Positions 35,740 through 44,792 of a stretch of 64,000 nt of DNA are shown here, in pieces. The translations under genes and the position numbers were made by a program. The notes beneath the pieces were generated by a model. The model was not told the DNA's origin, searched no databases, and worked only from the letters and a program-made list of their open reading frames with translations. The DNA comes from an uncultured Bacilli bacterium (GTDB lineage Bacteria; Bacillota_I; Bacilli_A; RF39; UBA660). The stretch covers positions 19,073-83,072 of the forward strand of contig CAKOMS010000002.1 in assembly GCA_934096735.1 (NCBI GenBank). Direction: 5' to 3'. Position 1 is the stretch's first letter. Each line of letters begins with the position of its first letter.

Positions 35740-36483
35740 ATGAGTGTAAAAAAAATTAATGTCATAAATCCAGTTTTAAAAAATAAGGAGCATTACATAA
35801 CAAGTGATTTCTATGAAAGAAATAATACTAGGAGTAAACATAAAGGTATAGATATGATTGGTAAAAATAGAGCTACTGATTATGTAATTGCAATAGATGA
35901 TGGAGTGGTTATAACTAGTACTTATTCTAAAACTGCAGGATATTATGTTGAAATAAAACATAAAAATAATTATATATCTAGATATTTACATATGAAGAAA
36001 AACTCTTTAAAAGTAAGAAAAAAAGATTATGTAAAGAAGGGTGATATACTTGGGTTTATGGGTAATACTGGTGCATCAAATGGAGCTCATTTACATTTTG
36101 CAGTATTTACCAAAAATAAGATAGTGGATGATCCTCTTTTATACCTCCAAAATGTTTTAAACTTTAACTCCACTTATTATGAAGATTTTATTTATAGTGC
36201 TCAAGGTATTTTTAAAGTAAAACAAGATGGTATAGCCGGTAAAAAAACTTTAAATAATACTATAACAGTGTCAAGTAAAATTAATAGGACTCATCCAATT
36301 GTAAAAGTAATTCAAATATATTTATATAATATAGGATACACTGAAATAGGTAAAAGCGATGGTATAGCAGGTCCTAAATTTACAAGTGCTGTAAAGAGAT
36401 TTCAAAAAGAACACAATTGTTATGTTGATGGCATAATAACAAAGAAAAATAAAACTTGGAAAAAGTTATTAAAACTTTTATAA
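35740..36483 (+). CDS. M23 peptidase with two C-terminal peptidoglycan-binding repeats
   Basis: HKGIDM and GNTGASNGAHLHF. It has DGIAGKKTLN and DGIAGPKFTSAVKRFQ PG_binding-like repeats. Confidence 0.8.
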   Translation: MSVKKINVINPVLKNKEHYITSDFYERNNTRSKHKGIDMIGKNRATDYVIAIDDGVVITSTYSKTAGYYVEIKHKNNYISRYLHMKKNSLKVRKKDYVKKGDILGFMGNTGASNGAHLHFAVFTKNKIVDDPLLYLQNVLNFNSTYYEDFIYSAQGIFKVKQDGIAGKKTLNNTITVSSKINRTHPIVKVIQIYLYNIGYTEIGKSDGIAGPKFTSAVKRFQKEHNCYVDGIITKKNKTWKKLLKLL

Positions 36484-36533
36484 AAAAAATTGTTTCATAT
36501 ATTCATTCCTTTATTCTTTCTAAACGAAGTTAA

Positions 36534-37337
36534 TTAATTTAATTTCGTTTTCTTTTTGATTATTAAATAAGAAATAATAAATGAAATAATTAATAATATT
36601 ATATTTATAATATTTATATTACCAGGATATATAAATAGTGTTGAAGATAAACTAAAACCAATAATAGCACTAAAAGTATTTCTATATTGTTTATTAAATA
36701 AAATATTTATAAGTTTAAGTAATAAAATACTAAATAATATAAATGCTATAAAAAATGGTATAAGAGTACTTATAATACTTAAATTAATACTTAAAGGATT
36801 ACTTATAATATTAAGCAAATATTCATATATACCTAAAAATATTAATAAAGATGATCCACTTATACCTGGTACTATTTTACCAATTGAGTAAAAAATACCT
36901 CCAATAAACATTCTAAAAAGACTAATACTTGTACTAGTAGTAATATTTTTTTCAACTAAGAAAAGTAGTACTCCAATAATAAAAGTAATAATAAATACTA
37001 TTATATTAATATTTTGATTACATTTATATTTAACATCTTTTATTAAATAAGGTATACTACCTAAAATAAGACCAATAAATATATAAGATATAGAGTAAAT
37101 ATTATTATTAAAAAAGTATAATATAATCCTACTAAATAAAATAATTCCAAAAATTAAACCAATAAATAAATTTCCTAAATATAATAGATTATCTTTAATA
37201 TTATTTTTAAAATTATTTAACCTTTTAATTGCATCATCATATATCCCAAGTATAGTAGCAAGTACCCCACCAGATACTCCAGGTATAATAAATCCAATAC
37301 CGATAATTAAGCCATAAATAATATTTTTTAAATGCAT
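36534..37337 (-). CDS. DUF368-family polytopic membrane protein (second copy)
   Basis: PGVSGGVLATILGIYD and PGISGSSLLIFLGIYE. AAAGGTG precedes ATG 37337. Confidence 0.8.
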   Translation of the reverse strand: MHLKNIIYGLIIGIGFIIPGVSGGVLATILGIYDDAIKRLNNFKNNIKDNLLYLGNLFIGLIFGIILFSRIILYFFNNNIYSISYIFIGLILGSIPYLIKDVKYKCNQNINIIVFIITFIIGVLLFLVEKNITTSTSISLFRMFIGGIFYSIGKIVPGISGSSLLIFLGIYEYLLNIISNPLSINLSIISTLIPFFIAFILFSILLLKLINILFNKQYRNTFSAIIGFSLSSTLFIYPGNINIINIILLIISFIISYLIIKKKTKLN

Positions 37338-37402
37338 AATTATCACCTTTTAAATTATACTAATAATAACTATAAAATATGTCAAATATTTACTAATGTC
37401 CC

Positions 37403-37431
37403 TTGACTAAATTTCATAGTTTAATTATACT
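37403..37431 (+). promoter_or_regulatory. Sigma-A promoter of family member C
   Basis: TTGACT-17 nt-TATACT. Confidence 0.55.
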
Positions 37432-37483
37432 TAATAATATAATAGTGTGTACTATTTTGTACAAAATATTTAGGAGGATAGCA

Positions 37484-39520
37484 GTGAAAAAAAGATCATT
37501 TTTAATTATATTACTATTAATAATGGAGGTATCATTAATTTTTTTTAGTGTAAAAAGTTTTAATAATAAACCATCAGAAAAATTAGATGATATAAAACTG
37601 CTACAAGCCATTCAAAAAAACAGTTTATATTCAGTAATGATAAATGATGGAACTGGTAATTATACCGAAGAAAACGACTTTCCATCAAGCAATTACATTT
37701 TAAATAAAGAAAAATCTAAATGTATTGACTCAAATGGAAATACTTTAGAAGACGAATTAAATTTTGTAAATGGTAATGTTGAAGTAACACTAGATAAAAC
37801 AGCATTTTGTTATTTATATTTTGATAAAAACAGTGAAACAAGAATAACTTTAACAGTTTCAAATGGTGTTACGTCATCTCAAACTGTACAAATTGAAGCA
37901 GAAGATGAAGATGGACTTGCAGGTGTTTACTATGGAATGGATAACCCAGAAGATACTGAAGTAGAATATACTGAAGTTTATGATAGTCCAACAAGCAAAT
38001 CTTGGACATTTCATACATCAGGCCCAGGTATCTATTATTTTTCAGTAAAAGATATACATGGTATGGTTACTACAACAAGTAGAGAATTCTTTCAAACAAA
38101 ATTTAATGTAGAAAATGGAAGGGTAAATCCAACTAGTGTTTTAACACTAAAAGGTAATTCATTTATCTTACCAACCCCCGAATCTAGAAATCAAGGATAT
38201 ACCGTAAGTACAACCTGGCATGGCAATGGAACAACTTATGAAAGTGGAAGTACATATACACCAACAACAAATTCAACATTAACAGCAAATTCAACTCAAA
38301 ATAGTTATAATGTAACTTTAACAATAACAAATGGAAAAACAACAAGCGTAAATCCACAAACAGTATTACATGGTAGTTCAGCATCATTTGCAATAACACC
38401 AAATACCGGATATGATTTAGTATTAGCAAGTGATACATGTAGTGGAACATTATCTGGATCAACCTATACAGTAAGTAATGTTACATCAGCAAAAAATTGT
38501 GCAATAACACTTAAAAAGAAAACTTATAGTGTAAAAATAACAGTAACAAATGGTTCAACGAGCAGTACAAATCCACAAACAGTAGAACATGGTGGTTCAG
38601 CAAAATTCACAATATCAGCAAAAAGTGGATATCAATTATCATTATCATCGAATGGATGTGGTGGAACACTATCAGGAAGTACTTACACAATTAGTAATGT
38701 TACTAGTGCAAAAACTTGCACAATAGTATTAAAAACTGCTTTAGCTGGGGATGCAATAAGAGCATTAAAACCAACCGGACTTGAAACAGTAGCAAGAGAT
38801 GGGTTATATAGATTTGTAGGATCATCAAACAACTATGTATGCTTAGGGGCTTGTAGTGACACTACAAAATATAGAATAATTGGAATAACAGATGGTTCAA
38901 GTGGTAACACTAATTTAGGAATAAGTGCTGGACAATTGAAAGTAAAAAGAGAATCATCATTTGGAAAAACAACATGGGGTATTATGGACGATTTCAACAC
39001 AAAATGGGTTGATGCAAATTACTGGCAAGCCAAAACAATTTATACTTATTTGAATATTACGAATAAATCATCAATAATACCAAGCGGATGGAGCGATAAA
39101 ATTTCTTCGGTTAAATGGAATATGGGAGATGTTAAATTAGGAACTGGTTATTATGCGGAAGGAACAGCGAACGAAATTTATAAATTGGAAGCAGCAGAAC
39201 CAACTACAGCAACCTCGCAAATAGGATTAGTTTATTTAAGTGATTTTTCTTATAGCGAGTCTGTCGGAGGAACAACAATTTGTAAATATAACAATAGTTG
39301 TAAAAACTCTTGGATGAGTGATCGAATAGATTGGTGGACAATGGGCTATTTTGGTAAATCGGGAGAAAAATATAGAGCATGGAATATTCAACGTGGGACT
39401 CCAATAGCTCAAGTAAGAAGTAGATCTTTAGATGTATACCCAGTATTTTATTTAAAAAATACAGTATCATTTACAGGAACTGGTAATGGAACATCTTCAA
39501 ACCCATATATTTTATCCTAG
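37484..39520 (+). CDS. Large surface protein, family member C (full-length paralog of A, no poly-G tract)
   Basis: AGGAGG lies 6 nt before GTG 37484. It is collinear with A over its whole length, with scattered substitutions. The TM is FLIILLLIMEVSLIFFSV. Confidence 0.85.
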   Translation: MKKRSFLIILLLIMEVSLIFFSVKSFNNKPSEKLDDIKLLQAIQKNSLYSVMINDGTGNYTEENDFPSSNYILNKEKSKCIDSNGNTLEDELNFVNGNVEVTLDKTAFCYLYFDKNSETRITLTVSNGVTSSQTVQIEAEDEDGLAGVYYGMDNPEDTEVEYTEVYDSPTSKSWTFHTSGPGIYYFSVKDIHGMVTTTSREFFQTKFNVENGRVNPTSVLTLKGNSFILPTPESRNQGYTVSTTWHGNGTTYESGSTYTPTTNSTLTANSTQNSYNVTLTITNGKTTSVNPQTVLHGSSASFAITPNTGYDLVLASDTCSGTLSGSTYTVSNVTSAKNCAITLKKKTYSVKITVTNGSTSSTNPQTVEHGGSAKFTISAKSGYQLSLSSNGCGGTLSGSTYTISNVTSAKTCTIVLKTALAGDAIRALKPTGLETVARDGLYRFVGSSNNYVCLGACSDTTKYRIIGITDGSSGNTNLGISAGQLKVKRESSFGKTTWGIMDDFNTKWVDANYWQAKTIYTYLNITNKSSIIPSGWSDKISSVKWNMGDVKLGTGYYAEGTANEIYKLEAAEPTTATSQIGLVYLSDFSYSESVGGTTICKYNNSCKNSWMSDRIDWWTMGYFGKSGEKYRAWNIQRGTPIAQVRSRSLDVYPVFYLKNTVSFTGTGNGTSSNPYILS

Positions 39521-39697
39521 TAATATTGGAATATAGATTTAATAACTGATTCGATTATAAATTAATTGAAAAACTTATATATAAAATTTATATAAGTTTT
39601 TTAATTGAATAAATAATTGAAACTTCGTCCATAATTTTATTGGAAGGTAAAATTATGGCAAAATACAAAGTAGATATTAGTGGAGTAAATACAAGTG
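39454..39697 (+). repeat. 244-bp direct repeat, copy 2
   Basis: See 31490-31733. Confidence 0.95.
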
Positions 39698-40104
39698 GAG
39701 GAAAATTAACGACAGCATTAGGTTTTGTTGATTCTAAAATAAGTAATAGAAGATTAACGTGTCAAGATAAAGAGGATCAATTCACATTAAAAGTAGCTAA
39801 AGGTGGAACACTAGGTTATGGAAATAATGCCTTGGATTACCCAGTTGGTTTATTAACTGTGTTAGAAACACAACTAGTGAATGAATCAGCTAATTATTTA
39901 AATAATAATGATAACTATTGGTTGCTATCTCCTAATTACTTCACTAGCAGTGCTGGTGTATATGGTAAAAACTATGGGGGAGTTAGTTATTATGGTGCGG
40001 CTAGCATTCTCGGGGCTCGACCAGCTATCTCAATAAAGAAAAATATTAAAATATCTGGAGGAACCGGAGAAAAAGAAAACCCATACACACTAAGCCTTAC
40101 ATAA
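39655..40104 (+). CDS. Chimeric ORF: first 14 codons of sigG fused to a C-terminal fragment of a surface-protein family member
   Basis: MAKYKVDISGVNTS is identical to SigG. Then comes ...NYWLLSPNYFTSSAGVY..GARPAISIKKNIKISGGTGEKENPYTLS, resembling the family C-terminal domain. It is preceded by the duplicated sigG promoter and RBS. Confidence 0.6.
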   Translation: MAKYKVDISGVNTSGGKLTTALGFVDSKISNRRLTCQDKEDQFTLKVAKGGTLGYGNNALDYPVGLLTVLETQLVNESANYLNNNDNYWLLSPNYFTSSAGVYGKNYGGVSYYGAASILGARPAISIKKNIKISGGTGEKENPYTLSLT

Positions 40105-40124
40105 AGCAAAAATAAAAAAAATTT

Positions 40125-40162
40125 AAAAAACCAATAATTAACTAACCAATTATTGGTTTTTT
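40125..40162 (+). terminator. Rho-independent terminator
   Basis: AAAAAACCAATAATT-aacta-ACCAATTATTGGTTTTTT. Confidence 0.75.
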
Positions 40163-40207
40163 AATATATAAATAACTTCACATACTAATATTGTATAGGA
40201 GTGTAAT

Positions 40208-41176
40208 ATGAAAAAAGTTATATTAGCAATTATGGTATTATTAATGCCTTTAAATGTCCTTGCATATTCTAGTGAAGTATACCTTGGTGGTAATACATTA
40301 GGTATTGAAATATCATCTGATGGTATTTTAATTATTGGTTTCTATGAAATAAATGGAAAAATTAATAAAGGTAATCCTAAATTAAAAGTCGGAGATTATA
40401 TAAAAGAAGTTAATGGAGTAGAAGTAAATAATTTAAATGAATTAACTAAAGAGATCGAAAAAAGTAAAGATGAAGGTAAAGTTACAATTACTTATAAAAG
40501 AGATAATAATTTAAAAAAAACCACATTAAATTTAATAAAAGATGAAGGTATTTATAAAACTGGATTGTACGTTAAAGACAGTATTATAGGTATTGGTACT
40601 CTTACTTATATAGATCCTAAAAGTAATATATATGGAGCTTTAGGTCATGAAATAATTGAATCTAATTCAAACTCTATTATCGAGGTTAAAAGTGGTTCAA
40701 TATTTAGAAATAGTATAACAAGTATAGATAAAAGTAAAGTAGGTTATGCTGGAAGTAAAAATGCTAAATATTATTATGATACTATATATGGCTCAATTTA
40801 TAAAAATACTGTACATGGTATATTTGGTAAATATACAGGTAATACAAATAATTATAATTTAATAAGTGTTGCTAAAAAGGATGAAGTAAAAGTAGGGAGT
40901 GCTAAAATATATACAGTTCTCAGTGGTGAAAAAATAGAAGAATATGAAATAAATATTACAAGTATAAATGAAACTAGTAATACAAAAAATATTAATTTTG
41001 AAATTAATGATAAGAATCTAATAAAAGAAACTGGAGGAATAATTCAAGGAATGAGTGGTTCTCCAATAGTTCAAAATAACAAAATAGTCGGAGTAGTAAC
41101 CCATGTAATAATAGATAATCCTCTAACTGGTTATGGTCTTTTTATAGAAACAATGTTAAAAGAAGGAGAAAATTAA
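40208..41176 (+). CDS. spoIVB: SpoIVB signalling serine peptidase (S55)
   Basis: PDZ-like GDYIKEVNGVEVNNLNEL, GTLTYIDPKSNIYGALGH (His) and GMSGSPIVQNNKIVGVVTHV (Ser). Confidence 0.85.
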   Translation: MKKVILAIMVLLMPLNVLAYSSEVYLGGNTLGIEISSDGILIIGFYEINGKINKGNPKLKVGDYIKEVNGVEVNNLNELTKEIEKSKDEGKVTITYKRDNNLKKTTLNLIKDEGIYKTGLYVKDSIIGIGTLTYIDPKSNIYGALGHEIIESNSNSIIEVKSGSIFRNSITSIDKSKVGYAGSKNAKYYYDTIYGSIYKNTVHGIFGKYTGNTNNYNLISVAKKDEVKVGSAKIYTVLSGEKIEEYEINITSINETSNTKNINFEINDKNLIKETGGIIQGMSGSPIVQNNKIVGVVTHVIIDNPLTGYGLFIETMLKEGEN

Positions 41177-41257
41177 AAAAATTGACTAATAATTATCATC
41201 TGATAAAATTAAATTAAATGGTGCGGTTGAAATTACAATATAAAAAATTGAAATGTA

Positions 41258-42586
41258 TCAAAGCATTTCAATTTTATTTTTTATAAATGGATTTACATAT
41301 TCTTTATTATCGGTTGTAGAAGAAGTATTACTTACTACCTCTTTTCCAATAATAGCATTTTTTATATCTTCATCTTCATTACCAAAGTCGTCATTTAAAT
41401 CTATTACTCTTAATAACTCATCCATAGAAGTAAAACCTTCCATAACCTTTAAAAGACCATCTTTAAGAAGTGTATTACCTTTATCTCCATAAACTAATTT
41501 TCTAAGTTCATCTTTTCTTAAATTATTAACAATAGCATCTTTAATTTCTTGATTTATCTCAAGTACTTCATGAATAGCAATTCTTCCTTTATATCCATTA
41601 ATACATTCATCACATCCATGAGGAATATATATTTGATTAACATCTATACCTAAAACAGTTTTAAACAATGTTTTTTCATATTTATTAGTAGGTCTACTAG
41701 TTCTACATTTAGGACATAATTTCTTTACTAGTCTTTGTGAAATAATACCAGAAAGAGCACTTCCAAGTAGATATCTCTCTACATCCATGTCAAGTAATCT
41801 TTCAATAGTATTTAAAGCACTATTTGTATGTATTGTAGATAATACTAGGTGTCCAGTAATAGAAGCTCTAACAGCTATTCTAGCAGTTTCATCATCACGA
41901 ATTTCCCCAATCATTATAATATCAGGGTCTTGTCTTAAAATACTTCTTAATGTATTACCAAAAGTAAGACCAATCTCACTCATAACTTGAACTTGATTAA
42001 TACCATTAATCTTCATTTCTACTGGATCTTCAACAGTAATAATATTTCTCTCAGTAGTATTTAATACTTGTAACATAGAATATACAGTAGTACTTTTACC
42101 ACTACCAGTAGCACCAGTAACCAATATAATACCATTGGGTTTCTTTATAAGTTTATTTACCATATCAAAATTATCTTTAGAAAGTCCAATAGATTCAAGA
42201 CCACTTAAACTCATTCTATAATCAAGAATTCTTATAACTATTTTTTCGCCTTCAACTAAAGGTAAACTAGATACACGCAAATCCACATCAATATTTTCAA
42301 TTAATCCTTTTATAGCACCATCTTGAGGTAATCTAGTTTCAGTAATATTCATTCCAGAAATAATTTTAACTCTTGTAACTAAATTCTTTCTAACAGTAGG
42401 AGGAACTTTTGCATACTCTAAAAGAGAACCGTCGATTCTTATACGGACAATTAAATCTGTTTCAGTTGGATCAAAATGAATATCTGACGCTCCATGTTTA
42501 ACAGCATCAATAATCATTTCATTTACAATATCAACAACCGGTTTATTATCATAGTCGAATTCTCTAAACACTAGAACCACCGTCAA
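41258..42586 (-). CDS. Type II/IV secretion ATPase (PilB/GspE/ComGA-like)
   Basis: ASDIHFDP, Walker A GATGSGKSTT, Asp box, Walker B and His box (GHLVLSTIHTN), and a CxxC..CxxC tetracysteine. TTG start, and no long N-terminal GSPII_E_N domain. Confidence 0.85.
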   Translation of the reverse strand: MTVVLVFREFDYDNKPVVDIVNEMIIDAVKHGASDIHFDPTETDLIVRIRIDGSLLEYAKVPPTVRKNLVTRVKIISGMNITETRLPQDGAIKGLIENIDVDLRVSSLPLVEGEKIVIRILDYRMSLSGLESIGLSKDNFDMVNKLIKKPNGIILVTGATGSGKSTTVYSMLQVLNTTERNIITVEDPVEMKINGINQVQVMSEIGLTFGNTLRSILRQDPDIIMIGEIRDDETARIAVRASITGHLVLSTIHTNSALNTIERLLDMDVERYLLGSALSGIISQRLVKKLCPKCRTSRPTNKYEKTLFKTVLGIDVNQIYIPHGCDECINGYKGRIAIHEVLEINQEIKDAIVNNLRKDELRKLVYGDKGNTLLKDGLLKVMEGFTSMDELLRVIDLNDDFGNEDEDIKNAIIGKEVVSNTSSTTDNKEYVNPFIKNKIEML

Positions 42587-42690
42587 CCCATTTCTATTAT
42601 CTACAAATTATTATACAATATATTTATTTTTAATACAATTAAAAATAGAAAATTTAACACACATATGATAGAATATATATGGAGAATATT

Positions 42691-43788
42691 ATGAGAAAAT
42701 TAGTTAATATAAATTTAGAAGAAAATATAATATATGATAATGTTATTCATGAATATAATACCCCAGATAAAGTTTATATAAAAAGCTCTTTCGGAGAAAT
42801 AAATGACTATTTATATAAAAATGAATTTATTAATGATGAAATAGTATCAGTATCGGGTTATATTACTAATAAATCTAAAAATTATATTGAAGTAACTAAT
42901 GATTTTAAAGAAAACATAAAAACAAAACAAAAGAAATATAAAATAAATAAAGTTGATGAATTATTAAAACTGTTATTAAAATATAACTTAAATAATATTT
43001 ATGAAAAAATAAATGATAAGATAATTAATAATATTATAATAAGTTCAGTAGATAATGAAGTATATGAAGAAAGAGAGTTTATAAGACTTTTAAATTCCTA
43101 TGATAATTTATTAGATACAGCAGAAGAAATTATAAAAATATTTAAAGTAAATAAATTAACATTTGCAATAAAAAATACTAATTCTAATAGTATCAATAAT
43201 ATTAATTCAATTATTGGATCATACCCAAATATCAAAATACTTTTATTACCTGATGAATACTTAATAGGTAAAAAAGAATTTTTATGTGAATACTTAAATA
43301 TAAATAAATTAAATACATTAATTTTAACTACAAATGAATTATATGATATTTATAGAATACTTTATGGAATAGATTTAACTAAGAATTTAATAACTATAAG
43401 CGGCGATATAGAAAAGTCTTTAATAATAAATACTAAACTTGGAGTAAGATTAACAGATTTAATAAAAGAATATAATATAAAACTACCTAGTAAAAAAGAA
43501 ATATATATAAATGGTTATTTCTGTGGTTATAAAGAAAGCAGTATAAATAATGTATTAATTAATAAAAGTATACATTCAATAATCATAAAAGAGAAAAAAA
43601 ATATAAAAAAAGAAGAATGTATAAAATGTAATGCTTGTAATAAAATATGTCCATATAAAATAAATGTATATAAAAATATGTTAAATAATACATCGTGTGA
43701 TAAATGTATTGGATGTAATTTATGTACATTTATATGTCCAGCTAATATAGATTTAAAAAGTATATTGTATAAAGGGGGACAAAAATGA
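42691..43788 (+). CDS. RnfC-like protein, degenerate (SLBB-like region and two 4Fe-4S motifs, no GxGGAGFP site seen)
   Basis: C-terminal CIKCNACNKICP and CIGCNLCTFICP. ITISGDIEKSLIINTKLGVRLTDLIKE and YINGYFCGY align to the RnfC core. Confidence 0.5.
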   Translation: MRKLVNINLEENIIYDNVIHEYNTPDKVYIKSSFGEINDYLYKNEFINDEIVSVSGYITNKSKNYIEVTNDFKENIKTKQKKYKINKVDELLKLLLKYNLNNIYEKINDKIINNIIISSVDNEVYEEREFIRLLNSYDNLLDTAEEIIKIFKVNKLTFAIKNTNSNSINNINSIIGSYPNIKILLLPDEYLIGKKEFLCEYLNINKLNTLILTTNELYDIYRILYGIDLTKNLITISGDIEKSLIINTKLGVRLTDLIKEYNIKLPSKKEIYINGYFCGYKESSINNVLINKSIHSIIIKEKKNIKKEECIKCNACNKICPYKINVYKNMLNNTSCDKCIGCNLCTFICPANIDLKSILYKGGQK

Positions 43789-44672
43789 AAAAAAAGACTA
43801 TAGATAAATTAGTAATAGAAAGAATAATATTACTTGTTCCTTTATTATTATATGGTATATATAAAAATGGATTTTTATTATATAAAAGTGGTATTATAAA
43901 TATGGTTAATGTTTTTAAACCTCTTTATTTAACTATACTTGGAGTAATTATTAAAGTAATAGTAGATTTAATATTTGATAAAATAAATAAGGAAAAGTTT
44001 AAAATTAAAATAGATGAAAATTTATTATATGTTATTCTTGTATCTTTAATTATGCCATATAATATTAATTATCTTATATATATATTATCACTAATAATTA
44101 TCTTACCAGTTTTAAAATATTTAAATAAATATATTAAATTTAATAAAGTCTGTTTTATATATTTAATTATTATTTTAATTAATGGATTAATTAATAATTT
44201 TTCGTTCTTAAATACTTTAGAGCTTACAAAAAATTATGAATATACTTTAATCGATTATTTATTTGGAAGAAATATTGGAGGCATATCATCAACTAGTATT
44301 ATATTATCACTTATAAGTTATATTTTACTTTCTTATAATTTCTATTATAAAAAAGAAATACCTTTTTATATAAATATATCTTATATAATATGTGCATTTA
44401 TTTACTTTTTAATATTTAAGGATAGTGATTTTTTAATAAATAGTGAACTTATTTTTGGAAGCATATTCATAAGTAGTTTAAATGAATTTTCTCCAGTAGA
44501 AGAAAAGTATCAAAGCATATATGCCATATCAATTGGAGTATTCTCATTCTTATTATCTATAATATTAAGTAGTATAGTAAGCATATACATTATTACATTT
44601 TTAGTATCATGTTTATTTTATATAGATTTTAATAAGTTAAAAAATAATAAAAAGGCAAATAAAGACAATTAA
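43785..44672 (+). CDS. RnfD/NqrB-like polytopic membrane protein, degenerate
   Basis: LLVPLLLYGIYKNGF (N-terminus), GRNIGGISSTSIILSLISYILL and GSIFISSLNEFSP resemble RnfD blocks. It overlaps the upstream gene by 4 nt. Confidence 0.4.
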   Translation: MKKKTIDKLVIERIILLVPLLLYGIYKNGFLLYKSGIINMVNVFKPLYLTILGVIIKVIVDLIFDKINKEKFKIKIDENLLYVILVSLIMPYNINYLIYILSLIIILPVLKYLNKYIKFNKVCFIYLIIILINGLINNFSFLNTLELTKNYEYTLIDYLFGRNIGGISSTSIILSLISYILLSYNFYYKKEIPFYINISYIICAFIYFLIFKDSDFLINSELIFGSIFISSLNEFSPVEEKYQSIYAISIGVFSFLLSIILSSIVSIYIITFLVSCLFYIDFNKLKNNKKANKDN

Positions 44673-44792
44673 TGACAAAATAATCTATTGCATAAATAAA
44701 ATAAATATAATAAATTAAATTTACACAGGAAAAGGCAACAATTATGTTTTTTCTTGTGTTTTATTTTAAGAAAAAATATTAGAAAGGATATT

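Noticed and set aside
42691-44672. Calling a functional Rnf ion-pumping complex.
   Set aside because: Only C- and D-like genes are present. Cofactor-binding motifs appear degenerate, and no G/E/A/B subunits are nearby.
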